Shown piece by piece: positions 15,862-24,325 of a stretch of 64,000 nucleotides of DNA. Both the position numbers and the translations under genes were made by a program. Under the pieces are notes generated by a model. It did no database searches, had not been told where the DNA came from, and saw nothing but the letters and a program-made list of their open reading frames with translations. Position 1 is the stretch's first letter, and every line of letters begins with the position of its first letter. Origin of the DNA: an uncultured Acidobacteriota bacterium (GTDB taxonomy: Bacteria; Acidobacteriota; Terriglobia; Acidiferrales; UBA7541); contig CAWHSG010000001.1 of NCBI GenBank assembly GCA_963831955.1, positions 903,140 to 967,139 of the forward strand, given 5' to 3'.

Positions 15862-17106
15862 TTACTCGTACCGCAGAGCCTCCACCGGATCAAGACGCGC
15901 GGCCTTCATGGCCGGCCAGACACCAAAGATCAATCCAATACTCACGGAGACTGTGAATCCCGCGATGATGGCCCACGGCGTCACCACGGCTTTCAGTGAA
16001 GTCACCATCGGAATCAACAACGTCGCCCCGCCGCCCACAATTATTCCGATCACTCCCCCGATGCCCGTGAGCGTCATCGCCTCGAATAAAAATTGCCAGG
16101 TAATATCCGCGCTGCGAGCGCCAATCGCTTTGCGCACCCCGATTTCGCGCGTCCGTTCGGTAACCGAAACCAGCATGATATTCATCACGCCTACGCCGCC
16201 AATCAGCAGCCCGATCGAACTGAGCACAATGATCGCCACCACCGTGCTTTTGATGATGTCGTTAAATTGCTGCGCCGTTTCCCGGTTGGTCTGGATGAAA
16301 AAGTTGTCGGGCTTATCGTAAGGGACGTTGCGGCGCCGCCTCAGCACGTCGCGCGCCTGATCCACGGCCTTATCCACCTGCCCCGGATAAGAGAGAAAGC
16401 GAATAAAAATCTCGAAAGCGGCCGGATAGATTTTTCGGAACGTATAATAAGGCAGCACTACGCGGCGATCCTCATCATTGGTCCCAAAGCCGCCAACGGG
16501 CTTTTGCAAAACGCCGATGACCTGAAACGTGGATCCATCCACCATAATATTTTTGCCGATCGCATCAGCAACGGTGCCGTAAAGAGCCGTGGCCACATTC
16601 TCACCGATCACGGCTACGTTCTCGCGATGAAGGTTCTCGGTATCCGTGAAAAAGCGCCCCGCAGCCATCGTCGCGTTCGAATAGACTTCCAGAAATGCCG
16701 GAAAGGTTCCCCGGAATTCGATGCCCTGCACTTCGTTATTCTGATAGCGCACGTTGTGCGCCACTTCCCATTGAAAAATCGAAACCGCCACCTGCTTGAT
16801 CGCCGGGCATGACTGCATCAATGCCTCGCCGTCCTCCAGCGTCAATGGTTTGCGCTCGCGTTCTTCCTTCGGACGCCGAGCATTGTTATTGAAATTCTGC
16901 CCGTAGCGCTGCACCCACGCGGTATCGATTCCTTCCTGCGTAATCTCGTCCTGAATCACCGTCTTGAATCCATCCACAAGCCCCACCACAAGAATGATCA
17001 ACCCCACGCCGATCATCACGCCCAGCACAGCAAGAAAGCTGCGCAGCTTATGCGTTCGCAGCGTGTCAAACGCCAGCGCCAAATTTTCGCGATAATCCTG
17101 ATTCAT
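15862..17106 (-). CDS. ABC transporter permease, MacB/FtsX family
   Basis: N-terminus LRTHKLRSFLAVLGVMIGVGLI, a large periplasmic domain, and C-terminal FtsX-like SVTERTREIGVRKAIGA...KAARLDPVEALRYE. Confidence 0.85.
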   Translation of the reverse strand: MNQDYRENLALAFDTLRTHKLRSFLAVLGVMIGVGLIILVVGLVDGFKTVIQDEITQEGIDTAWVQRYGQNFNNNARRPKEERERKPLTLEDGEALMQSCPAIKQVAVSIFQWEVAHNVRYQNNEVQGIEFRGTFPAFLEVYSNATMAAGRFFTDTENLHRENVAVIGENVATALYGTVADAIGKNIMVDGSTFQVIGVLQKPVGGFGTNDEDRRVVLPYYTFRKIYPAAFEIFIRFLSYPGQVDKAVDQARDVLRRRRNVPYDKPDNFFIQTNRETAQQFNDIIKSTVVAIIVLSSIGLLIGGVGVMNIMLVSVTERTREIGVRKAIGARSADITWQFLFEAMTLTGIGGVIGIIVGGGATLLIPMVTSLKAVVTPWAIIAGFTVSVSIGLIFGVWPAMKAARLDPVEALRYE

Positions 17107-17165
17107 TTTGAATTCCGGGCCTCGGCGGCGTGCGACGCTGCGTCCGGCCTTTTGCCTACATCCGG

Positions 17166-17189
17166 CACAGACAAGAGTGGCTGTGCTAC
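17166..17189 (-). repeat. REP-like palindrome family C
   Basis: CACAGACAAGAGTGGCTGTGCTAC, the reverse complement of the GTAGCACAGCC-type element. It lies between the two permease genes. Confidence 0.55.
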
Positions 17190-17194
17190 CACTG

Positions 17195-18460
17195 CTAGCC
17201 CTCAGCCCGCAAGGCCTCTATCGGATCCAACCGTGCGGCGCGCATCGCGGGATAGATGCCGAAAAACAATCCCACGATGGTCGAAAGCGATAGCGCAATC
17301 ACGATGGTGAAAATGGGAGTCGCAAACGGAATCGAAGTTGCCGAGCGCACGATCGCCGCCAACACCAGCGCCAGGATCACTCCGATCGAGCCGCCGAGCG
17401 CCGCCAGCAGCGCCGACTCCACCAGAAATTGCAGCAAAATATGTAATTTCCGCGCGCCCAGCGATTTCCGCAAACCAATCTCGCGCGTTCGCTCCGTCAC
17501 GCTGGCCAGCATAATATTCATAATCACAATTCCGCCGACCACCAGAAAAACCGACGTGACCCAGATGGCAATCCCGAAAGCATTCCCGGTAATGCGATTC
17601 CAGATGCTGGTAAGCTGCGTCGGCGAAACCACTCCAAAATTGTCCTCGGCGTCATAGGGCACGTGGCGCCTGGTGCGCAGCAGCACGCGGGCCTCATCCT
17701 CGGATGATGGCATCAAGTCGGGCGTTGGCGCCTGGACGAAAATCGCCACCGAATCCTCCGGCGCGAGCCAGCCTTTGCGGTAGCTCGAGAGCGGCATCAT
17801 GATGAAGTCGTCCAGCGACTGCCCCAGCACCGTGCCCTTCGGCGCGGCCACCCCGACGATTTGATATTGCTCAGCCCCTGCGCGAATCAGCCGGCCGAGG
17901 GGATCGCTCGAAGCAAAAAACTGGTTGGCCACATCGGCGCCGATGATGCACACATCCGCGCGATGTTGCTCATCAGAATCCGTCAGCAAGCGCCCGCTTG
18001 AGACTTCCACATCTCGAATTTCCGCATAGCTCGGCGAAACGCCCATGATGGTCACGTTCTCGCGCAAATCATTCCCGTAGCGCACGTCGGCAAATGTCTG
18101 CATCAATCCGGAAATATTGGTGGCCAGCTTCATGTCCGCCTGCAGCGCCTCGAGGTCGCTCATCTGCAGCGGCGGCCTCTTGCGCGCCTTATTCCACTCC
18201 TCGAAATTGGTGACCACTCCGACGCGGTCTATCACGTAGGCGTTGGCTCCAAGATTGGCCACTTTCTCCGCCACATAGACGTTCAACCCGTTCAGCACCG
18301 ACATCACCGCAACCAGCGTGGCGACCGCCAGGATCACCCCAAGCAGCGTCAGAAAGCTGCGCAGCTTGTGGGCGCGCAGCGTGTCCACGGCGATGGCCAG
18401 CGTCTCGCGCAGCGCCACCGTCGCTTCCCCCGCCTTCATCCCCATGCGGAACGGTGCCAT
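17195..18460 (-). CDS. ABC transporter permease, MacB/FtsX family (paralog)
   Basis: LRAHKLRSFLTLLGVILAVATL... SVTERTREIGLRKSLGA...RAARLDPIEALRAEG. Confidence 0.85.
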   Translation of the reverse strand: MAPFRMGMKAGEATVALRETLAIAVDTLRAHKLRSFLTLLGVILAVATLVAVMSVLNGLNVYVAEKVANLGANAYVIDRVGVVTNFEEWNKARKRPPLQMSDLEALQADMKLATNISGLMQTFADVRYGNDLRENVTIMGVSPSYAEIRDVEVSSGRLLTDSDEQHRADVCIIGADVANQFFASSDPLGRLIRAGAEQYQIVGVAAPKGTVLGQSLDDFIMMPLSSYRKGWLAPEDSVAIFVQAPTPDLMPSSEDEARVLLRTRRHVPYDAEDNFGVVSPTQLTSIWNRITGNAFGIAIWVTSVFLVVGGIVIMNIMLASVTERTREIGLRKSLGARKLHILLQFLVESALLAALGGSIGVILALVLAAIVRSATSIPFATPIFTIVIALSLSTIVGLFFGIYPAMRAARLDPIEALRAEG

Positions 18461-18552
18461 TCATCTAGTATAGACGGTTGTGCTTAGAGAAATGTTCGCT
18501 TCTGCCCGGCGATATTTTCCGCCCGCAACCCGCTAGAATAGCAGTGGGTTTT

Positions 18553-18617
18553 GTAGGGGCGGGCCTGTGCCGTTCGGCCTTCGTTTTCGTAGCGGCGGGC
18601 TTAAGCCCGGCATCTTG
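18553..18617 (+). repeat. two adjacent GTAG-headed REP-like elements
   Basis: GTAGGGGCGGGCCTGTGCCGTTCGGCC followed by GTAGCGGCGGGCTTAAGCCCGGCATCTT. Confidence 0.55.
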
Positions 18618-18707
18618 ATGCAAGATCGCGCAAACACCTCAGATCGCCGCAAAACCGATGTCCGTTGAGTGCAGTGAGGCCAAAGGATTTACAGGGACCG
18701 TCGCACG

Positions 18708-19607
18708 ATGAGACGTTTCGCAATACTAGTAGTTTACGTACTCCCCATGGTTCTCGTGCTCCCCGGGCAAGCGGCGGCGCAAGTCGCGGGCGCTGGCCTG
18801 AGCGATTCGCAGATACACGCGCTGGCGGAGCGCGTCATCGCCGCGCAGCACTCCGACGATGTAGCCCTCGAGGAATTCGAGCGCATCGAGCAGCACACCG
18901 TTTATTCCGGCGCCAACCGCCGCATCACCGAAGATAAATTCTATCGCGTGGTCCCTACAGGCACTGGCACGCTAAAACTCCTATTCAAAGACAACTATTC
19001 CCCGCTCGATCCCAATACCTATCGCAAGCAACTGCACGACTGGGAGCAAATCCTCGAAATTGCCGTCAATCCCGACGACCCGCGCCAGCAAGCCGCCTAT
19101 GCCAAGTGGCAGAGAAAGATGAAAGAGCGGAAGGATTTGCTGGAGGCCGCGCGGCAGGCTTATTACGTCACTTCATCGGGGCAGGAAATCCGCAATGGAC
19201 GGCTCTGCGACGTGCTGGCACTCGATCCGAATCCCAACTTCGTTCCGCACTCGATCGCCGAGAATGTCCTGACTGGGACGCGCGCGAAAATCTGGATCGA
19301 TGACGCCAGCGGCCAGATCGTGCACGGCGAGGCTGACGTCATTCGCGATATTTCCTTCGGCGCTGGAATACTCGGCAAACTCTATCGCGGCGGCCGCTTT
19401 TCGCTCGATAGTTCCGAGCTAGCTCCAGGAATCTGGGCACCATATCGAGTGCAATTCGATTACTCGGTGCGCAAGTTTCTATTCACATTCGAAACCCACG
19501 AAGTAACACAAACCAGCCACTACCGCCGCGTAGGTCCTCCTTCGAAAGCGCTAGCAACAGCCCGCGAAGAATTGGAACACGGCGCGCCCGTGCCGGCCGA
19601 TCCGTAG
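18708..19607 (+). CDS. secreted hypothetical protein
   Basis: Signal peptide MRRFAILVVYVLPMVLVLPGQAAA. Divergent from the permease pair. No family recognised with certainty. Confidence 0.6.
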   Translation: MRRFAILVVYVLPMVLVLPGQAAAQVAGAGLSDSQIHALAERVIAAQHSDDVALEEFERIEQHTVYSGANRRITEDKFYRVVPTGTGTLKLLFKDNYSPLDPNTYRKQLHDWEQILEIAVNPDDPRQQAAYAKWQRKMKERKDLLEAARQAYYVTSSGQEIRNGRLCDVLALDPNPNFVPHSIAENVLTGTRAKIWIDDASGQIVHGEADVIRDISFGAGILGKLYRGGRFSLDSSELAPGIWAPYRVQFDYSVRKFLFTFETHEVTQTSHYRRVGPPSKALATAREELEHGAPVPADP

Positions 19608-19864
19608 CCGTTCCTTGCGTGCGGCTCACGCGGCATTAGCCGCGGACGCTCCCGTAGGGCCCGCGCTTCATGCCGGGCCGGGCAATACGTATGTTCAAGC
19701 CAAAACGGCCCCAAACCCAAATACCCGCTAGAAAGAAGTGGGCAGCGCACACGAGCAAGCCTCAGTTTGTCTGGATTTCATTTGGTCTGTCTGTATCTCA
19801 GATGGAACCGCCCGCAGAAATCCTCATTCAGGCTCCGCAATGACCGTCAGATAATCAAGGAACT

Positions 19865-20416
19865 ATGACCCCCCAACGCCTCTCCATCGCGGTCTTGACG
19901 GTATTCTTGTTCACCTTCCCACGAGCATCGCGCGCTCAAAACACCGGACAGCAACCAACTCCCGCGCCCGCATCCGCAGCCGCCCCGAGCGCAACAACTC
20001 CGCCAGCCGATTCAAAGCCCCCAGCAAAAGCCCCCGCCGCCAAAAAAGTCTGGACCAACGAAGACATGGGCAACCTAACCGGCCCGACCTACGACGGAAA
20101 GCCCAACCGCGGCTCGCGGCAAAATTCGTATCACCCGCAAAGCTATTCGGGATCCCCGAACGGAGACTATTACCGCAATCAGATCAATTCGCTGAAAGCG
20201 AAAATCGCGGATATCGATCGGAAGTTGGACAATTACGAAGCATTAGCCCACGGAGAGGCGCCGGGACAAGGCGAAAAGCAAACCGGCGTAAGAATCACCG
20301 ACTCCCGCGCCGATATTCAGGCGCTAGTGGCACAAAAGCAAAAGCTACAAGCCCAAATCAGCGATCTAGAAGATCAAGCCCGCCACGCCGGAGTAGAACC
20401 CGGCCAGCTCCGCTAA
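19865..20416 (+). CDS. secreted hypothetical protein, Pro/Ala-rich linker and coiled-coil
   Basis: Signal peptide, a low-complexity PAPASAAAPSATTPPADSKPPAKAPAAKK segment, and a C-terminal heptad-like region. Confidence 0.55.
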   Translation: MTPQRLSIAVLTVFLFTFPRASRAQNTGQQPTPAPASAAAPSATTPPADSKPPAKAPAAKKVWTNEDMGNLTGPTYDGKPNRGSRQNSYHPQSYSGSPNGDYYRNQINSLKAKIADIDRKLDNYEALAHGEAPGQGEKQTGVRITDSRADIQALVAQKQKLQAQISDLEDQARHAGVEPGQLR

Positions 20417-20418
20417 AA

Positions 20419-20450
20419 GTAGCGCCGGCGTCCCTGCCGGCATCCGACGA
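20419..20450 (+). repeat. REP-like palindrome family A
   Basis: GTAGCGCCGGCGTCCCTGCCGGCATCCGACGA, 2 nt after the stop codon. Inverted partner at 20608..20639. Confidence 0.8.
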
Positions 20451-20537
20451 CCCACAACGCGACCACAATCAAAAAACATGGGCGGCGTAACAAGCTTAAC
20501 CACAACCGGATTTTCTTTTCCTCGCTCGAAACGTGGT

Positions 20538-20588
20538 AAAAAACAAAAAGCGCGGCCCTGGATCGATCCAGGGCCGCGCTCGTTTTTG
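20538..20588. terminator. bidirectional intrinsic terminator
   Basis: Perfect 32-bp palindrome AGCGCGGCCCTGGATCGATCCAGGGCCGCGCT (20549..20580) flanked by an A-run upstream and CGTTTTT downstream, between convergent genes. Confidence 0.8.
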
Positions 20589-20607
20589 GATGAAACGTAT
20601 ATCGCGC

Positions 20608-20639
20608 TCGTAAGACGCCGGCAGGGACGCTGGCGCTAC
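20608..20639 (-). repeat. REP-like palindrome family A
   Basis: TCGTAAGACGCCGGCAGGGACGCTGGCGCTAC. The CTA of its GTAG head supplies the TAG stop of the rhodanese gene. Confidence 0.8.
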
Positions 20640-21502
20640 TTGGCCCCCGCAGCAGCTGCTTCCTTCTCGATCGGCGCGCGCACCAGATTGCCCCACTCCG
20701 TCCACGATCCGTCGTAATTCTTCACCCGGTCGTAACCCAGCAAATACTTCAACACGAACCAGGTATGCGAACTGCGCTCGCCGATGCGGCAGTAGGCGAT
20801 CACTTCATCCTTGCCCGAGATTCCTTTGCCTTGATAGAGCTGCTTCAACGCATCCGCGGGCTTGAAGGTGCCGTCTTCTGCAGCGGCTTGCGCCCAGGGA
20901 ATGCTTGCGGCGCCAGGGATATGCCCGCCGCGCTGCGCCGTTTCCGTCATTCCCGGCGGCGCGATCACTTTGCCGCTGAATTCGTCGGCCGAGCGCACAT
21001 CCACCAATTGTCCCGCGGACTTCTTCCCGAGAATCGCCTCGACATCCTGGCGGTAAGCGCGCACTTTCTCGTTCGGCTCCGAAGCGTTGTAGGTAGTCTT
21101 CGCCGGATTCGCCGCATCCGTCGTCAACGGCCGCTTCTCCTCGAGCCACTTCTTTCGTCCGCCGTTCATTAACTTCAGATTTTTGTGGCCGTAGTATTCG
21201 AGTTGCCAGAAAGCGTAGGCGGCGAACCAGTTGTTATTGTCGCCGTAGAGAATCACGGTCGTATCGTTCGAAATTCCTGAGCGGCCGAGCAAGTCTTCTA
21301 GAGCTGCTTTATCAATCAAATCGCGTCGAACGCCATCTTGAAGCTGCGTCTGCCAATTCCAGCCCACGGCGCCGGCAATGTGCCCTTGATCATAAGCGGA
21401 AGTGTCCACGTCCACTTCGACGAGCCGGATGTTCGGATCTTTCGAATGGCTGGCTACCCATTCCGTCGATACCAATACTTCGGGATGCGCATACTCAGAC
21501 AT
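20636..21502 (-). CDS. thiosulfate sulfurtransferase (tandem rhodanese domains)
   Basis: The N-terminus (VSTEWVASH, IRLVEVDV, YDQGHIAGA) and the active-site loop YCRIGERSSHTWF are characteristic of CysA/SseC-type rhodaneses. Confidence 0.85.
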   Translation of the reverse strand: MSEYAHPEVLVSTEWVASHSKDPNIRLVEVDVDTSAYDQGHIAGAVGWNWQTQLQDGVRRDLIDKAALEDLLGRSGISNDTTVILYGDNNNWFAAYAFWQLEYYGHKNLKLMNGGRKKWLEEKRPLTTDAANPAKTTYNASEPNEKVRAYRQDVEAILGKKSAGQLVDVRSADEFSGKVIAPPGMTETAQRGGHIPGAASIPWAQAAAEDGTFKPADALKQLYQGKGISGKDEVIAYCRIGERSSHTWFVLKYLLGYDRVKNYDGSWTEWGNLVRAPIEKEAAAAGAK

Positions 21503-21528
21503 GATTGGTGCTCCTTTTCGCTACGGTT

Positions 21529-21556
21529 CAGGGCCGATGATTCAGCCCTGCGATAT
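21529..21556. repeat. solitary copy of the 33-bp array unit (hairpin CAGGGCCGA-TGAT-TCAGCCCTG + CGATAT)
   Basis: Matches the reverse complement of the 28312..28634 unit with about 2 differences. It lies 27 nt upstream of the rhodanese ATG. Confidence 0.65.
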
Positions 21557-22149
21557 ATTCTAGGACCGCCTAGCACGATCCGCCGCAAGATACCTCAAAA
21601 CGCTGCTAATTTGGATGCCCCGCTAGGGTTAGAGATTCCCGATTCTAGCCCAATCTTCGGGCGGTTGTAGGGGCGGCCTCAGGGTTTCAGCGCCCTCGGT
21701 GGTCTCCTAATCTGAGTTCGATGACAGTTTCGTAGAGGGATTCCGCATCCATCGCGGCGGAGCCGCGGCGTCACGGTGGGAGCCCCCGAATTTATTCGGG
21801 GGAGGAGCGCTTCAGCGCTCCGAAAAAGCGCCGCCCTTGATGATGCGTTTTAGCGCTGGGCACTCCGTCGCGAGCCGAATCGCATCATCTCGGTAATCCC
21901 ACATTCAGTTCCATTGTTGCGAACAACAAGCCAAGCTACTTTCAGGTGGGAAATTGTCGATGATGCCCCCGAAAATACTCAAAAAAATAAGCCATGGAGG
22001 CACGAATTGCGGGATTTCTGCTCGATACACCAAAACGAGTAGAAATCGACGCAACTCGCTGAAAACAAAGCACCGAGGTCGTTTCTACCCGTAGCGAAAA
22101 CGCACTCCGCTAGAAGATGGGTTTCGGCGATCCGAAGGGCACCCCAGCT

Positions 22150-22410
22150 CTAAACCGGGGCCAGTTTTCCCTCGCGCGATTCGTATTCAACGCGCAGGAT
22201 CCAATCGAAATGGAATTTCTCCCCGGCCAGCCATTTCTCCAGTTCCTCGCGGCTCGCCGCTTCGAATTCCACGAGCAGCTTGCCGTCCTGCAGGCACAGC
22301 AGCACTCGCAGGGTGCGAACGGCCGAAGCAGTGTGCAGCCGCTTGGCAAGTTCCTCGGCGCCCTGGCGAGTAAGGCAAGCGATGGTGTGCTGTGAGAGAT
22401 AGCGGGGCAT
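22150..22410 (-). CDS. small hypothetical protein (possibly DUF4242-like)
   Basis: 86-aa ORF starting MPRYL. It is the best of three overlapping frames, and the family assignment is tentative. Confidence 0.45.
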   Translation of the reverse strand: MPRYLSQHTIACLTRQGAEELAKRLHTASAVRTLRVLLCLQDGKLLVEFEAASREELEKWLAGEKFHFDWILRVEYESREGKLAPV

Positions 22411-22515
22411 TCGTCCGGCTCCTTTGCGATTGAACCACGGACAATTAAGGGCGAATCATTTTGGCATTCGCGATTCGCGACCTCCTCGGATACACTGCCC
22501 GCGGAGAAAAAGCAA

Positions 22516-23610
22516 ATGCCTGAAACGCGCGCGGCTCATCCGTACTTCCTCTACGATGCGATCGTCGCCCAACCCCACTTGATCGAACAAGTCTTCTCGA
22601 AATCGCGCTCGGCCATCGAGCGCGCCGTGCAGGCCGCCGCCAATCGGAAGCGTATCGTCTTTATCGGCATCGGAACATCGCTCAACGCGGCCAATGTGGC
22701 CGAGCGCTGGATGCGCCATCATTCCGGCGGCCGCGCCCTCGCGCGCGCCGAACAATCCTTCGAATTCGCGCACTATCCGCTAGCGCTGAGCGCCGAAGAC
22801 GCCGCGGTGATCATCACGCACACAGGCACCACCACTCAATCGGTGGAAGCCCTGCGAATGGCAAAATCCATGGGCGCGCTCACGATTGCTGTCTCCGGAT
22901 ATCTGCCCGGCGAAGGAATGTTGGAAGCGGATGTACGCATCGAAACCTGCGAGCAGGAAGTCGCGTTTGCGTACACGAAAAGCTATACGACCGCGCTCGC
23001 CGCCATCGCGCAATTCATTCTTGGCTACCTTGAAAAACGCGGACTGTTGAAAGATGGCGCGAGCGCGCGAGCCGCGCTCGACAAAGTCCCGGCGCTCATG
23101 CGTGCAGGTCTTAAGACCGAGAGCCAAGTCCGCGAAGCCGCCAGCCTGATCGCCGAACGCAATCGCATCGTCTTCTTCGGCGCGGGCACCTGCTGGGCCA
23201 CCGCCTCCGAAGCTGCGCTAAAAATCAAAGAGACGAGTTACATCGCGGCCGAAGGCTTCGAGACCGAGGAAATCCTCCACGGCCCATTCTCAGAAATCGA
23301 TTACCGCGGCGCGATCATCGGCATGCTAACCGGTGAGCCCGCCGACGAGCGCGCTCGCACAATTCTCCGTGCCGCCAAAGAATTGGGGATGCTCCGCATG
23401 GCCGTCACGACGTCGTCCGCCAATCGCGACATCGCCGCCGAGCACACCATCGTGTTGCCCGAGTCCCCAACCTGGCTAGCCGCATTCACCCACGTAGTCC
23501 CGCTGCAACTCCTCACCTATCACATAGCCCTGGCCCGGAAAATCAATCCCGATACCGGCCGCCAGGACCAAGAAACCCATGCCCAAGCCCACAAAGTCTA
23601 CAAATTGTAG
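22516..23610 (+). CDS. SIS domain sugar-phosphate isomerase/aminotransferase-like protein (GlmS C-terminal/AgaS/FrlB type)
   Basis: Two SIS-like modules: IVFIGIGTSLNAA...ITHTGTT and IVFFGAGTCWATASEAALKIKETSY..AEGFETEEILHGP. Confidence 0.75.
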   Translation: MPETRAAHPYFLYDAIVAQPHLIEQVFSKSRSAIERAVQAAANRKRIVFIGIGTSLNAANVAERWMRHHSGGRALARAEQSFEFAHYPLALSAEDAAVIITHTGTTTQSVEALRMAKSMGALTIAVSGYLPGEGMLEADVRIETCEQEVAFAYTKSYTTALAAIAQFILGYLEKRGLLKDGASARAALDKVPALMRAGLKTESQVREAASLIAERNRIVFFGAGTCWATASEAALKIKETSYIAAEGFETEEILHGPFSEIDYRGAIIGMLTGEPADERARTILRAAKELGMLRMAVTTSSANRDIAAEHTIVLPESPTWLAAFTHVVPLQLLTYHIALARKINPDTGRQDQETHAQAHKVYKL

Positions 23611-23706
23611 CCACGTCGGTTGGACAGGCTAACCGATACGATGAATGTGAATCGCCCCAATTGAATCCCGGGTTAAAATCGGAAGCAGAAAGCTGGGAGA
23701 ATTCCG

Positions 23707-24048
23707 ATGAGATCGATTTGCGCTGGGCTTCTGATCGCTTCGATGCTGCTTATTGTCCGCCCCGTATCCTCCGGCGAGCGGCTGGGCACGCTTGAAGGCA
23801 CCGTGGAGCGCGATGGCAAGCCCTTGGCGGGCGCCCGCGTGACGGCCGAGGAGTCCGAAGGCGCCCACCCTCACGCGACGCTAACGAATGACGATGGCCG
23901 CTTCTTCTTTCCTCGCTTGAAACCTGGTCTTTACAACCTGCGCGCCTACTACAAAGGAGAGTGGTCCGGCTGGGCTAAAAATGCGGAAGTTAAGGTCGGA
24001 AAAGGTACTAATGTAACCCTCCACGTCCCCGTAAGTATAACAAAATAA
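23707..24048 (+). CDS. carboxypeptidase regulatory-like domain protein (secreted)
   Basis: Signal peptide, then GTLEGTVERDGKPLAGARVTAE...TNDDGRFFFPRLKPGLYNLRAY. Confidence 0.7.
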   Translation: MRSICAGLLIASMLLIVRPVSSGERLGTLEGTVERDGKPLAGARVTAEESEGAHPHATLTNDDGRFFFPRLKPGLYNLRAYYKGEWSGWAKNAEVKVGKGTNVTLHVPVSITK

Positions 24049-24325
24049 AGAAACAGCCTTCGCAGCCAAAACAGCCTGGTACTAAGACCCCAGTACAACT
24101 TTTTTGGACCTTCCGAGCCATTGGCCGCTCCCTTTCCGTTATCTACCATCGTTTTGCGGGTTGGGAGCTGCGTTGCGGGGACGACGGTTCCGTAAGGAGC
24201 CGGGGCACGCTACCCAATCCGCCCAGCCCTCCCTGTCGGCAAACCCCTCCTGACCCCCAGCTGACAGGGGGGCATGTCTGGACGATTTCTAGGATCGTAC
24301 CGCTTTCGTAGCGGCGCGCCTTCAG

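Noticed and set aside
21503-22149. 650-bp gene-free region examined for tRNA or other RNA genes.
   Set aside because: No tRNA-like T-arm (GGTTCGAATCC-type) or acceptor pairing was found. The region is largely a cluster of REP-like hairpins, for example CCCCCGAATTTATTCGGGGG and GGAGCGCTTCAGCGCTCC.
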